Made by a program: the position numbers and the translations under genes. Shown one piece after another: positions 1 through 22,399 of a stretch of 64,000 bases of DNA (positions are counted from its first letter, which is position 1; the number at the start of each line of letters is the position of its first letter). The DNA lies in contig OZ024742.1 of assembly GCA_964016885.1 (NCBI GenBank), positions 374,170,001-374,234,000 of the forward strand. Direction: 5' to 3'. Below the pieces are notes generated by a model. It was given only the letters and a program-made list of their open reading frames with translations. It was not told the DNA's origin and ran no database searches. This DNA is from Eledone cirrhosa (lineage: Eukaryota).

Positions 1-3000
1 AAATAATATATAACATATATAAACATATATAACATATAATATATAACATATATAACATATATAATATATATCATATAACATATATAATATATAACATATA
101 TAACATATATCATATATAACATATATAACATATATAATATATAACATATATAACATATATAACATATAACATATATAACATATATAACATATATAACATA
201 TAACATATAATGTATGACATATATGACATATAGAACATATAACATATATAATATATATAACATATATAACATATGACGTATATAACATATATAACATATA
301 ACTTATAAAATATATAACATATATAAAGTATAACATATATGACATATATAATATATAACATATATAACATATAACATATAATATATAACATATATAACAT
401 ATAGAACATATAACATATATAATATATATAACAAATATAACATATGACGTATATAACATATATAACATATAACATATATAATATATGACATATATAACAT
501 ATAACATATATAACATATATAATATATAACATATATAACATATATATAACATATATAATATATAACATATAAATAACATATATAACATATAATATTTAAC
601 ATATAACATATATAACATATATAATATATAACATATAAAATATATAATATATAACATATATAACATATATAATATATAACATATAACATATAAAATATAT
701 AACATATATAACATATAACATATATAACATATATAACGTATATAATATATAAATTATATAACATATATAACATATAACATATATAACATATATAACATAT
801 ATAACATATATAATATATAACATATAGAACATATAGAACATATATCATATATAATATATATAACATATATAACATGTGACATATATAACATATATAAAAT
901 ATAACATATAAAATATAACATATATAATATATAACATATATAACATATTACATATATAACATATATAATATATAACATATATAACACATATGACATATAT
1001 AACATATAACATATATATAACACATATAACATATAACATATAACATATATAACATATAAAACATATAACATATGATATATATAACACATATAACATATAT
1101 AATATATAACATATATAACATATAACATATATAACATATATAACATATATAAGAATATAACATATATAACATATATAACGTATAATATATACAACATATA
1201 TAACATATATTACATATATAACATACAACATATATAACATATAACATATAACATATATAACATATATAATATATATAACATATAACATATATAATATATA
1301 TAACATATATAACATACAACATATATAACATATATAACATATATAACATATATAACATATATAACATATATAATATATATAAAATATATAACATATAACA
1401 TATATAACATATATAATATATAACATATAACATATATAATATATAACATATATAACATATAACGTATATTACATATATAACGTATATAATATATAACTTA
1501 TATAACATATATAACATATAACATATATAACATATATAACATAACATATATAATATATAACATATAGAACATATAGAACATATATCATATATAATATATA
1601 TAACATATATAACATGTGACATATATAACATATATAAAATATAACATATATAACATATAACATATATAATATATAACATATATAACATATAAAATATATA
1701 AAATATATAATATATAACATATATAACACATATCACATATATAACATATGACATATATATAACATATATAACATATAATATATAACATATATAACATATA
1801 AAACATATAACATATAACATATATAACACATATAACATATATAATATATTACATATATAAGATATAACATATTTAACATATATAACATATATAAGAATAT
1901 AACATATATAACATATATAACGTATAATATATACAACATATATAACATATATTACATATATAATATATATAACATATATAACATATAACATATAACATAT
2001 ATAACATATATAACATATATAACATATAACATATATAACATATATAATATATATAACATATCTAACATACAACATATATAACATATATAACATATATAAT
2101 ATATATAACATATATAACATATAATATATATAACATATATAACATATATAACATATATAACATATATAACATATATAACATATATAACATATATGACATA
2201 TGTAACATATATAACATATATAACATATATAGCATATAACATATATAACTTATATAACATATAACATATATAACATATAGAACATATAAGATATATAACA
2301 TATATAACATATAACATATAAAAAATATATATAACCTATAACATATATAATATATAACATATATAACATATAACATATTTAACATATAACATATATAAAA
2401 TATATACAACACATATAACATATAACATATAAATAACATATATAACATATGATATTTAACATATAACATATATAACATATATAATATATAACATATAACA
2501 TATATAATATATAACATATATAACATATAACATATATAACATATATAACGTATATAATATATAACTTATATAATATATAACATATATAACATATGGAACA
2601 TATAACATATATAATATATATAACATATATAACATGTGACATATATAACATATATAACATATATCACATATATAACATATATAACATATATAACATATAA
2701 CATATAACATTTAACATATATAACATATATAACATATAGTAGATATAACATATATACAACATATATAATATATATGTAACATATATAACATATATAACAT
2801 ATATAACATATATAACATATATAACATAGAACATATATAATATATAACATATAGAACATATAACACATATAATGTATATAACATATATAAGATATCACAT
2901 ATATAATATATATAATATATAACATATATAATATATAACATATATAACATATATAACATATATAACATATAACATATATAATATATGGCATATATAACAT

Positions 3001-4369
3001 ATATAACATATATAACATATATAACATATAACAAATATAATATATAACATATATAACATATAACATATAACATATATAACATATATAACATATATAATAT
3101 ATATAGCATATAACATATATAACATATAACATATACCATATATAACATATATAACATATATAACATATCTAACATGTATATAATATGACATATATAACAT
3201 ATAACATATATAACATATATAACATATATAACATATATAACATATATAACATTTAACATATATAATATATAACATTTATGACATATAACATTTATAACAT
3301 ATAACATATATAACATATATAATATATAACATATATAACATATATATAACATATATAACATATAATATTTAACATATAACATATATAACGTATATAACAT
3401 ATATAACATATATAACATTTAACATATATAACACATATAACATATTTAACATATATAACATATATAACATATAAAACATATAACATATATAACATATATA
3501 ACATATTTAACATATATAGCATATAACATATATAACATATAAGATATAACATATAACATATATAACATATATTACATATAAAATGTATATAAAATATATA
3601 ATATATATATAACTTATATGACATATATAACATATATAACATAGAACATATATAATATATAACATATAGAACATATAACAAATATAATATATATAACATA
3701 TATAACATATCACATCTATAATATATATAACATATAACATATATAATATATAACATATATAACATATAACATATATTAAATATAACATATATATAACATA
3801 TAAAACATATAATATATAACATATATAACATATATAACATATAACATATAACATATATAACATATAATATATATAACATATATAACATGTATAACATATT
3901 TAACATATATATAACCTATATAACATATAACATATAAATAACATATATAACATATAATATTTAACATATAACATATATAACATATATAATATATAACATA
4001 TAACATATATAATATATAACATATATAACATATAACATATATAACATATATAAAGTATATAATATATAACATATATAACATATATAACATATAACATATA
4101 TAACATACAACATATATAACATATATAACATATATAACATATAACATATAACATATATAACATATATAATATATAACATATAACATATATAATATATAAC
4201 ATATAGAATATATAACATATATAACATATAACATATAACATATATGATATAAGTAATATATAAAATATGACATATATAATATATAACATATATAACATAT
4301 ATAACATATAATATATATAACATACAACATATATAACATATATAACATATATATCATATAACATATAAC

Positions 4370-7300
4370 ATATATAACATATATAATATATAACATATAA
4401 AATAGATAATATATAACATATAGAAATATAACATATATAACATATAACATATAACATATATACTATATATAATATATAAAATATGACACATATAATATAT
4501 AACATATATAACATATATAACATATATAACATATATAACATATAATATATATAATATATAACATATATAACATAGAATATATAACATATATAATATATAT
4601 AACATATATAACATATAACATATATAACATATATAACATATAACATATATAATATATAACATATATAACATATTACATATAAAACATATATAATATATAA
4701 AGCATATAACATATATAACATATAACATATAATAATATATAACATATATAACATACAACATAAATAACATATATAACATATATAACATATAACATATAAC
4801 ATATATAACATATATAATATATAACATATAACATATAACATATATAACATATATAATATATATAACATATAACATATAACATGTAAAACATATATAATAT
4901 ATATAACATATATAACATATGTAACTCATATAACATATAATATATATAACATATAACATATATAATATATATAACATATATAACATATGTAACTCATATA
5001 ACATATAATATATATAACATATAACATATATAATATATATAACATATATAACATACAACATATATAACATATATAACATATATAACATATATAATATATA
5101 TAACACATACAACATATATAACGTATAACATATATAATATATAACATAGATAACATATATAACATATATAACATATATAACATATAACATATATAATATA
5201 TAACATATATAACATATAACATATATAACATATATAATATATAAAGCATATAAGATATATAACATATAACATATAACCTATATAACATATAATACATATA
5301 TAACATATATAACATACAACATATATAACATATATAACATATATAATATATAACATATATAACATATTTAACATATAACATATATAACATATATAACATA
5401 TATAACATATAACATATATAACATATATAACATATATAACATATAACATATAACATATAACATATATAATATATATAATATATAACATATAACATATATA
5501 ATATATAACATATATAACATATATAACATATAACATATATAACATATATAACATATATAACATATAATATATATAATATATAACATATATAACATATAGA
5601 ATATATAACATATATAATATATATAACATATATAACATATAACATATATAAAATATATAACATATAACATATATAATATATAACATATATAACATATAAC
5701 ATATATAACATATATAATATATAACATGTATAAAATATATAACATACGTAACATGTAACATATATATAACATATATAACATATAATATATAACATATATA
5801 ACATATATAACATATAACATATATAATATATAACATATATAACATATATAACATATATAACATATAACATATAATATATAACATATATAACATATAACAT
5901 ATATAACATATATAATATATAAAGCATATAACATATATAACATATAACATATAACATATATAACTTATATAACATATATAACATATATAACATACAACAT
6001 ATATAACATATATAACATATATAATATATAACATATATAACATATATAACATACAACATATATAACATATATAACATATATAATATATAACGTATATTAT
6101 ATATATAACATATATAAAATATAGAACAAATGACATATATAATATATATAACATATATAACAAATAACGTATATAACATATATAACATATAACATATAAC
6201 ATATAACATATATAATATATAACATACATTACATATAACATATATAACATATATAACATATATAATATATAACATATATAACATATATAACATATATAAC
6301 ATATAAAATATAACATCATTAACATATAACATCTATAACATCTATAACATATAATATATAACATATAACATATATAATATATAACATACATAACATATAA
6401 CATATATAACATATATAACATATATAATATATAACATATATAACATATATAACATATATAACATATAAAATATAACATATATAACATACAACATCTATAA
6501 CATCTATAACATATAACATATAACATATAACATATAACATATATAATATATAACATACAGAACATATAACATATATAACATTTATAATATATAACATATA
6601 TAACATATATAACACATATAACATATAACATATATATAACATATATAACATATATAACATATAACATATATAATATATATAGCATATAACATATATAACA
6701 TATAACATATATAACATATATAACATATAACATATGACATATATAACATATATAACATATAACAGAAAATATATAACATATAATATATAACATATCTAAC
6801 ATATATAACATATAACATACAACATATATAACATATATAACATATATAACATATATAACATATATAACATATAATATATATAACATATATAACATACATA
6901 ACATATATAACATATATAACATATATAACATATATAACATATATAACATATATGACATATGTAACATATATAACATATATAACATATATAGCATATAACA
7001 TATATAACTTGTATAACATATAACATATATAACATATATAACATATAGAACATATAAGATATATAACATATATAACGTATGACATATAAAAAATATATAT
7101 AACATATAACATATATAATATATAACATATATATCATATAACCTATTTAACATATAACATATATAAAATATATACAACATATATAACATATAACATATAA
7201 TATTTAACATATAACATATATAATATATAACATATAACATATATTATAGATAACATATATAACATATAACATATATAACATATATAACGTATATAATATA

Positions 7301-10300
7301 TAAATTATATAACATATATAACATATAACATATATAATATATAACATATATAACATATATAATATATAACATATAAAATAGATCATATATAACATATAGA
7401 AATATAACATATATAACATATAACATATAACATATATACTATATATAATATATAAAATATGACACATATAATATATAACATATATAACATATATAACATA
7501 TATAACATATATAACATATAATATATATAATATATAACATATATAACATAGAATATATAACATATATAATATATATAACATATATAACATATAACATATA
7601 TAACATATATAACATATAACATATATAATATATAAAATATATAACATATTACATATAAAACATATATAATATATAAAGCATATAACATATATAACATATA
7701 ACATATAATAATATATAACATATATAACATACAACATAAATAACATATATAACATATATAACATATAACATATAACATATATAACATATATAATATATAA
7801 CATATAACATATAACATATATAACATATATAATATATATAACATATAACATATAACATGTAAAACATATATAATATATATAACATATATAACATATGTAA
7901 CTCATATAACATATAATATATATAACATATAACATATATAATATATATAACATATATAACATATGTAATTCATATAACATATAATATATATAACATATAA
8001 CATATATAATATATATAACATATATAACATACAACATATATAACATATATAACATATATAACATATATAATATATATAACACATACAACATATATAACGT
8101 ATAACATATATAATATATAACATAGATAACATATATAACATATATAACATATATAACATATAACATATATAATATATAACATATATAACATATAACATAT
8201 ATAACATATATAATATATAAAGCATATAAGATATATAACATATAACATATAACCTATATAACATATAATACATATATAACATATATAACATACAACATAT
8301 ATAACATATATAACATATATAATATATAACATATATAACATATTTAACATATAACATATATAACATATATAACATATATAACATATAACATATATAACAT
8401 ATATAACATATATAACATATAACATATAACATATAACATATATAACATATATAATATATAACATATAACATATATAATATATAACATATATAACATATAT
8501 AACATATAACATATATAACATATATAACATATATAACATATAATATATATAATATATAACATATATAACATATAGAATATATAACATATATAATATATAT
8601 AACATATATAACATATAACATATATAAAATATATAACATATAACATATATAATATATAACATATATAACATATAACATATATAACATATATAATATATAA
8701 CATGTATAAAATATATAACATACGTAACATGTAACATATATATAACATATATAACATATAATATATAACATATATAACATATATAACATATAACATATAT
8801 AATATATAACATATATAACATATATAACATATATAACATATAACATATAATATATAACATATATAACATATAACATATATAACATATATAATATATAAAG
8901 CATATAACATATATAACATATAACATATAACACATATAACTTATATAACATATATAACATATATAACATATATAACATACAACATATATAACATATATAA
9001 CATATATAATATATAACATATATAACATATATAACATACAACATATATAACATATATAACATATATAATATATAACGTATATTATATATATAACATATAT
9101 AAAATATAGAACAAATGACATATATAATATATATAACATATATAACAAATAACGTATATAACATATATAACATATAACATATAACATATAACATATATAA
9201 TATATAACATACATTACATATAACATATATAACATATATAACATATATAATATATAACATATATAACATATATAACATATATAACATATAAAATATAACA
9301 TCATTAACATATAACATCTATAACATCTATAACATATAATATATAACATATAACATATATAATATATAACATACATAACATATAACATATATAACATATA
9401 TAACATATATAATATATAACATATATAACATATATAACATATATAACATATAAAATATAACATATATAACATACAACATCTATAACATCTATAACATATA
9501 ACATATAACATATAACATATAACATATATAATATATAACATACATAACATATAACATATATAACATTTATAATATATAACATATATAACATATATAACAC
9601 ATATAACATATAACATATATATAACATATATAACATATATAACATATAACATATATAATATATATAGCATATAACATATATAACATATAACATATATAAC
9701 ATATATAACATATAACATATAACATATATAACATATATAACATATAACAGAAAATATATAACATATAATATATAACATATCTAACATATATAACATATAA
9801 CATACAACATATATAACATATATAACATATATAACATATATAACATATATAACATATAATATATATAACATATATAACATACATAACATATATAACATAT
9901 ATAACATATATAACATATATAACATATATAACATATATGACATATGTAACATATATAACATATATAACATATATAGCATATAACATATATAACTTGTATA
10001 ACATATAACATATATAACATATATAACATATAGAACATATAAGATATATAACATATATAACGTATGACATATAAAAAATATATATAACATATAACATATA
10101 TAATATATAACATATATATCATATAACCTATTTAACATATAACATATATAAAATATATACAACATATATAACATATAACATATAATATTTAACATATAAC
10201 ATATATAATATATAACATATAACATATATTATAGATAACATATATAACATATAACATATATAACATATATAACGTATATAATATATAACTTATATAACAT

Positions 10301-10330
10301 ATATAACATATAACATATATAATATATAAC
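4370..10330. repeat. Higher-order tandem duplication inside the satellite, period about 2976-2985 bp
   Basis: Rare variants recur in the same order: aatagat ~4401/7377, tcattaac ~6316/9301, aacagaaaat ~6761/9746. ORF-track pairs 4926..6332 vs 7902..9317 and 4994..7240 vs 7970..10225 are near-identical. Boundaries approximate. Confidence 0.92.
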
Positions 10331-13300
10331 ATATATAACATATGGAACATATAACATATATAATATATATAGCATATATAACATGTGACATATATAATAT
10401 ATATAGCATATAACATATATAACATATAACATATAACATATATAATATATATAACATATAGTAGATATAACATATATACAACATATATAATATATATGTA
10501 ACATATATAACATATATAACATATATAACATATATAACATATATAACATAGAACATATATAATATATAACATATAGAACATATAACACATATAATATATA
10601 TAACATATATAACATATCACATATATAATATATATAATATATAACATATATAACATATATAATATATAACATATATAACATATATAACATATATAACATA
10701 TAACATATATAATATATGGCATATATAACATATATAACATATATAACATATATAACATATAACATATACAATATATAACATATATAACATATAACATATA
10801 ACATATATAACATATATAACATATATAATATATATAGCATATAACATATATAACATATAACATATACCATATATAACATATATAACATATGTAACATATA
10901 TAACATGTATATAATATAACATGTATACAATATATAACATATATAACATGTAACATATATATAACATATATAACATATATCATATAAAATATATAAAATA
11001 TATAAAATATATAACATTTAACATATATAATATATAACATTTATGACATATAACATTTATAACATATAAAATATATAACATATATAATATATAACATTTA
11101 ACATATATAACACATATAACATATTTAACATATATAACATATATAACATATAAAACATATAACATATATAACATATATAACATATTTAACATATATGGCA
11201 TATAACATATATAACATATAACATATAAAATATAACATATATAACATATATTACATATAAAATGTATATAAAATATATAATATATATATAACTTATATGA
11301 CATATATAACATATATAACATATCACATCTATAATATATATAACATATAACATATATAATATATAACATATATAACATATAACATATATTACATATAACA
11401 TATATAACATATATAACATATAACATATATAACATATATAATATATATAACATATATAACATGTATAACATATTTAACATATATATAACCTATATAACAT
11501 ATAACATATAAATAACATATATAACATATAATATTTAACATATAACATATATAACATATATAATATATAACATATAACATATATAATATATAACATATAT
11601 AACATATAACATATATAACATATATAACGTATATAATATATAACTTATATAACATATATAACATATAACATATATAATATATAACATATATAACATATAT
11701 AACATATAACATATATAACATACAACATATATAACATATATAACATATATAACATATAACATATAACATATATAACATATATAATATATAACATATAACA
11801 TATATAATATATAACATATAGAATATATAACATATATAACATATAACATATAACATATATAATATAAATAGTATATAAAATATGACATATATAATATATA
11901 ACATATATAACATATATAACATATAACATATATAACATATAATATATACCTTATATAACATATAGAATATATAACATATATAATATATATAACATATATA
12001 ACATATAACATATATAACATATATAACATATAACATATATAATATATAACATATATAACATATAACATATAAAATATATAATATATAACATATATAAAAT
12101 ATATAATATATATAACATGTAACAAATATATAACATATATAACATATAATATATAACATATATAACATATATAACATATAACATATATAATATATAACAT
12201 ATATAACATATATAACATATATAACATATATAACATATAACATATATAATATATAACATATGTAACATATATAACATATATAACATATAACATATATATA
12301 ACATATATTATATATATAACATATAACATATATAACATATATAACATATATAACATATATAACATATGTAACATATAACATATATAACATATATAACATA
12401 TATACCATATATAATACTTAACATATATAACATATATAACATATATAACATATAACATATAACATATATAACATATAACATATATAACATATATAAGATA
12501 TAATATATAACATATAACATATATAACATATATAATATATAACATATAACACATAACATATACCATATATAACATATATAACATATAACATATAACATAT
12601 ATAACATATAACATATATAACATATATAACATAACATATCACATATAACATATATAACATATATAATATATAACATATCACATAATATATAACATATATA
12701 ATACATATAACATATATAAAATATATAACATATATAACATATAACATATAACATATAACATATATAACATATATAAAATAATATATATAATGTATAACAT
12801 ATATAATATATATAACATATATAATATACAACATATATAACATATATAACATATATAACATATATAACATATTTAACTTATATAACATATATAACATATA
12901 AAACATATAACATATATAACATATATAACATATTTAAAATATATAGCATATAACATATATAACATATAACATATAACATATAACATATAACATATATAAC
13001 ATATATTACATATAACATGTATATAAAATATATAATATATATATAACTTACATAACATATATAACATATATAACATTAGAACATATATAATATATAACAT
13101 ATAGAAAATATAACAAATATAATATATATAACATATATAACATATCACATCTATAATATATATAACATATAACATATATAATATATAACATATATAACAT
13201 ATAACATATATAACATATATAACATATAACATATATAATATATAACATATAACATATAGAACATATAACATATATAATATATATAACATATATAACATGT

Positions 13301-13459
13301 GACATATATACCATATATAACATATAACATATATAACATATATAACATATATAATATATAACATATAGAACATATAGAACATATAACATATATAACATAT
13401 ATGACATATATAGCATATAAAACATATTTAACATAAAACATATATAATATATATAACAT

Positions 13460-16400
13460 TTATAACATTTATAACATATATAACATATAATATATATAAC
13501 ATATAACATATATAATATATATAACATATATAACATACAACATATATAACATATATAACATATATAACATATATGACATATATAACATATATAATATATA
13601 TAACCTATATAACATACATAACATATATAACATATATAACATATATCACATATATAACATATATAAGATATATAACCTATAACATATAAAACATATATAA
13701 CATATATAACATATGCAACATAAACAACATATATAACATATAACATATATCACATATATAACATATATGACATATGAAACATATATAACATATATAACAT
13801 ATATAGCATATAGCATATATGACTTATATAACATATAACATATATAACATATATAACATATAACATATAAAACATATATAACATATATAACATATATAAC
13901 ATATATTATTTACATGACATAAGTAACATATATAACATATATAACATATATAGCATATAACATATATAACATATATAACATATAATATATATAACATATA
14001 TAACATATACAAAATATAACATATATAACATATATAACATATATAACATATATAACATATATAACATATATAACATATATAACATACAACATATATAACA
14101 TATATCGTATAACATATATAACATATATAACATACATAACATATAACATATATAATATATAACATATATAACAGATTTAACATATATAACATATATAATA
14201 TATAACATATATAAAATATATAACATATAACATATATATAAACATATATAACATATAATATATAACATAAAACATATATAACATATAATATATAACATGT
14301 AACATATATAACATATATAACATATATAACATATAACATATAATATATAACATATATAACGTATAGAACATATAACATATATAATATATATAACATATAT
14401 AACATATGACGTATATAACATATATAACATATAACATATATAACATATAACATATATAACATATAACATATATAACATATATAACATATATAACATATAT
14501 AGCATATAACATATATAACATATGTAACATAATATATATAACATATATAACATATATCATATAACGTATATAACATATATAACATATATATCATATAACA
14601 TATATATAATATAAAACATATATAACATATATAACATATATAACATATATAACATATATAATATATAACATATATAACATATATGACATATAACATATAT
14701 ATAACATATATAACATATAATATATAACATATATAACATATATAATATATAACATATAACATATATAATATCTAACATATATAACATATAACATATATAA
14801 CATATATAACATATTTAATATATTACATATATAACATATATAACATATAACATATATAACATATATAACATATAACATATAATGTATGACATATATGACA
14901 TATAGAACATATAACATATATAATATATATAACATATATAACATATGACGTATATAACATATATAACATATAACATATATAATATATAACATATATAACA
15001 TATAACATATATAACATATATAGTATATAACATATATAACATTTAACATATAATATATAACATATATAATATATAACATATAATATATAACATATATAAC
15101 ATATAACATATATAACATATATAATATATAACATATATAACATATATATAACATATATAACATATAACATATAAATAACATATATAACATATAATATTTA
15201 CCATATAACATATATAACATATATAAGATATAAAATATAACATATATAATATATAACATATATAACATATAACATATATAACATATATAACGTACATAAT
15301 ATATAACTTATATAACATATATAACATATAACATATATAACATATATAACATATATAACATATAACATATATATAATATATAACATATCGAACATATAGA
15401 ACATATATCATATATAATATATATAACATATATAACATGAGACATATATAACATATATAAAATATAACATATATAAAATATGACATATATAATATATAAC
15501 ATATATAACATATAACATATATAACATATATAATATATAACGTATATAACTCATATAACATATATAAAATATAACATTTATAACATATATAAGAATATAA
15601 CATATATAACACATAACATATAATATATAACATATATAACATATAGAACATATAACATATATAATATATATAACATATATAACATATGACGTATATAACA
15701 TATATAACATATAACATATATAATATATAACATATATAACATATAATATATAACATATATAACATATAAAACATATAACATATAACATATATAACACATA
15801 TAACATATATAATATATAACATATATAACATATATAAGAATATAACGTATATAACATATATAACGTATAATATATACAACAAATATAACATATATTACAT
15901 ATATAATATATATAACATATATAACATATAACATATAACATATATTACATATATAATATATATAACATATAACATATATAACATATATAATATATATAAC
16001 ATATATAACATGTATAACATATATAATATATAATATATATAACATATAACATATATAATATATATAACATATATAACATACAACATATATAACATATATA
16101 ACATATATGACATATATAACATATATAACATATATAACATATATAATATATATAACATATATAATATACATAACATATATAACATATATAACATATATAA
16201 CATATATAACATATATAACATATATGACATATGTAACATATATAACATATATAACATATATAGCATATAACATATATAACTTATATAACATATGACATAT
16301 ATAACATATATAACATATAGAACATATAAGATAAATAACATATATAACATATAACATATAAAACATATATAACATATAACAAATACAATATATAACATTA

Positions 16401-19270
16401 TATAACATATAACATATATAACATATAATATATATAACATATAACATATATAATATATATAACATATATAACATACAACATATATAACATATATAACATA
16501 TATAACATATATGACATATATAACATATATAATATATATAACCTATATAACATACATAACATATATAACATATATAACATATATCACATATATAACATAT
16601 ATAAGATATATAACCTATAACATATAAAACATATATAACATATATAACATATGCAACATAAACAACATATATAACATATAACATATATCACATATATAAC
16701 ATATATGACATATGAAACATATATAACATATATAACATATATAGCATATAGCATATATGACTTATATAACATATAACATATATAACATATATAACATATA
16801 ACATATAAAACATATATAACATATATAACATATATAACATATATTATTTACATGACATAAGTAACATATATAACATATATAACATATATAGCATATAACA
16901 TATATAACATATATAACATATAATATATATAACATATATAACATATACAAAATATAACATATATAACATATATAACATATATAACATATATAACATATAT
17001 AACATATATAACATATATAACATACAACATATATAACATATATCGTATAACATATATAACATATATAACATACATAACATATAACATATATAATATATAA
17101 CATATATAACAGATTTAACATATATAACATATATAATATATAACATATATAAAATATATAACATATAACATATATATAAACATATATAACATATTATATA
17201 TAACATAAAACATATATAACATATAATATATAACATGTAACATATATAACATATATAACATATATAACATATAACATATAATATATAACATATATAACGT
17301 ATAGAACATATAACATATATAATATATATAACATATATAACATATGACGTATATAACATATATAACATATAACATATATAACATATAACATATATAACAT
17401 ATAACATATATAACATATATAACATATATAACATATATAGCATATAACATATATAACATATGTAACATAATATATATAACATATATAACATATATCATAT
17501 AACGTATATAACATATATAACATATATATCATATAACATATATATAATATAAAACATATATAACATATATAACATATATAACATATATAACATATATAAT
17601 ATATAACATATATAACATATATGACATATAACATATATATAACATATATAACATATAATATATAACATATATAACATATATAATATATAACATATAACAT
17701 ATATAATATCTAACATATATAACATATAACATATATAACATATATAACATATTTAATATATTACATATATAACATATATAACATATAACATATATAACAT
17801 ATATAACATATAACATATAATGTATGACATATATGACATATAGAACATATAACATATATAATATATATAACATATATAACATATGACGTATATAACATAT
17901 ATAACATATAACATATATAATATATAACATATATAACATATAACATATATAACATATATAGTATATAACATATATAACATATAACATATAATATATAACA
18001 TATATAATATATAACATATAATATATAACATATATAACATATAACATATATAACATATATAATATATAACATATATAACATATATATAACATATATATCA
18101 TATAACATATAAATAACATATATAACATATAATATTTACCATATAACATATATAACATATATAAGATATAAAATATAACATATATAATATATAACGTATA
18201 TAACATATAACATATATAACATATATAACGTACATAATATATAACTTATATAACATATATAACATATAACATATATAACATATATAACATATATAACATA
18301 TAACATATATATAATATATAACATATCGAACATATAGAACATATATCATATATAATATATATAACATATATAACATGAGACATATATAACATATATAAAA
18401 TATAACATATATAAAATATGACATATATAATATATAACATATATAACATATAACATATATAACATATATAATATATAACGTATATAACTCATATAACATA
18501 TATAAAATATAACATTTATAACATATATAAGAATATAACATATATAACATATAACATATAATATATAACATATATAACATATAGAACATATAACATATAT
18601 AATATATATAACATATATAACATATGACGTATATAACATATATAACATATAACATATATAATATATAACATATATAACATATAATATATAACATATATAA
18701 CATATAAAACATATAACATATAACATATATAACACATATAACATATATAATATATAACATATATAACATATATAAGAATATAACGTATATAACATATATA
18801 ACGTATAATATATACAACAAATATAACATATATTACATATATAATATATATAACATATATAACATATAACATATAACATATATTACATATATAATATATA
18901 TAACATATAACATATATAACATATATAATATATATAACATATATAACATGTATAACATATATAACATATAATATATATAACATATAACATATATAATATA
19001 TATAACATATATAACATACAACATATATAACATATATAACATATATGACATATATAACATATATAACATATATAACATATATAATATATATAACATATAT
19101 AATATACATAACATATATAACATATATAACATATATAACATATATAACATATATAACATATATGACATATGTAACATATATAACATATATAACATATATA
19201 GCATATAACATATATAACTTATATAACATATGACATATATAACATATATAACATATAGAACATATATAAC
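13460..19270. repeat. Higher-order tandem duplication inside the satellite, period 2938 bp
   Basis: Markers atatgcaacataaac, ttttacatgacataagtaac, cgtacataat and tcgaac recur at a constant 2938 offset. ORF pairs 13646/16584, 13906/16844, 14591/17529 and 16107/19045 agree. Boundaries approximate. Confidence 0.93.
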
Positions 19271-22200
19271 ATATAACATATAAAACATATATAACATATA
19301 ACAAATATAATATATAACATATATAACATATAACATATATAACATATAATATATATAACATATATATAACATATATAACATATAAATAACATATATAACA
19401 TATAATAATTAACATATAACATTTATAACATATATAATATATGACATATAACAAATATAATATATAACATATATAACATAGAACATATATAACATATATA
19501 ACATATATAACATATAGAACATATAACATATATAATATATAACATATATAACATAGAGAACATATAACATATATAATATATATAACATATATAACATGTG
19601 ACATATATAACATATATAACATATAACATATATAACATACAACATATATAACATATATAACATATATAACATATAACATATAACATATATAACATATATA
19701 ATATATAACATAGAACATAACACATATAACATATAACATATAACATATATAATATATAACATATATAACATATATAACATATAACATATATAACATATAT
19801 AACATATATAACATATAATATATATAATATATAACATATGACATATATAATATATAACATATATAACATATATAACATATAACATATATAACATATATAA
19901 CATATATAACATATGATATATATAATATGTAACATATATAACATATATAACATATATATCATATAACATATAACATATATAACTTATATAATATATAACA
20001 TATAACATATATAATATATAACATATAGAATATATAACATATATAACATATAACATATAAAATATATAATATATATAATATATAACATATGACATATATA
20101 ATATATAACATATATAACATATATAACATATAACATATATAACATATATAACATATATAACATATAATATATATAATATATAACATATATAGCATATAGA
20201 ATATATAACATATATAATATATATAACATATATAACATATAACATATATAACATATATAAAATATATAAAATATATAATATATAACATATATAAAATATA
20301 TAATATATATAACATGTAACATATATATAACATATATAACATATAATATATATCATATATAACATATATAACATATAACATATATAATATATAACATATA
20401 TAACATATATAACATATATAACATATATAACATATAACATATATAATATATAACATATATAACATATAACATCTAAAACATATATAATATATAAAGCATA
20501 TAACATATATAACATATAACATATAATAATATATAACATATATAACATATATAACATATATAACATACAACATATATAACATATATAACATATATAACAT
20601 ATAACATATAACATATATAACATATATAATATATAACATATAACATATAACATATATAACATATATAATATATATAACATATAACATATAACATCTAAAA
20701 CATATATAATATATATAACATATATAACATATGTAACTTTTATAACATATAATATATATAACATATAACATATATAATATATATAACATATGTAACATAC
20801 AACATATATAACATATATAACATATATAACATATATAATATATATAACAAATACAACATATATAACGTATAACATATATAATATATAACATAGATAACAT
20901 ATATAACATATATAACATATATAACATATAACATATATAATATATAACATATATAACATATAACATATATAACATATATAATATATAAAGCATATAACAT
21001 ATATAACATATGTAACATATAACATATATAATATATAACATATATAACATATATAACATATATAACATATATAACATAACATATATAATATATAACATAT
21101 ATAACATATAACATATATAACATATATAATATATAAAGCATATAACATATATAACATATAACATATAACATATATAAAAGATATAACATATATAACATAT
21201 ATAACATACAACATATATAACATATATAACATATATAATATATAACATATATAACATATATAGCATATAACATATATAACATACGACATATATAACATAT
21301 ATAACATATATAACATATAACATATAACATATATAACATATATAATATATAACATATAACATATAACATATATAACATATATAATATATATAACATATAA
21401 CATATAACATATATAACATATATAATATATATAGCATATATAACATATGTAACATATATAACATATAATATATATAACATATAACATATATAATATATAT
21501 AACATATATAACATACAACATATATAACATATATAACATATATAACATATATAATATATATAACATATATAACATATATAACATATAACATATATAATAT
21601 ATAACATATATAACATATATAACATATATCACATATATAACATATATAACATATATAACATATATAACATATAACGTATATAATATATAACACATATAAA
21701 ATATAGAACATATGACATATATAATATATATAACATATATAACAAATAACGTATATAACATATATAACATATAACATATATAATATATAACATACATAAC
21801 ATATAACACATATAACATTTATAATATATAACAAATATAACATATATAACATATATAACATATAACATATATATAACATATATAACATATATAACATATA
21901 TAACATATAACATATATAACATATATAACATATATAACATATATAAAATATATAAAATATAACATATATAACAACATATATAACATATATAACATATAGA
22001 ACATATAATATAAATAACATATATAACATGTGACATATATAACATATATAACATATAACATATATAACATATATAATATATAACATATATAACATATAAT
22101 ATATAACATATATAACATATAAAACATATAACATATAACATATATAACATATTTAACATATATAATATATAACATATATAACATATAACATATATAACAT

Positions 22201-22399
22201 ATATAACATATATAACATATAACATATGTAAGAATATAACATATATAACATATATAACGTATAATATATACACCATATATTACATATATAACATATATAA
22301 CACATATACCATATATAACATATAACATACATAACATATATAATATATATAACATATAACATATATAACATATATAATATATATAACATATGTAACATG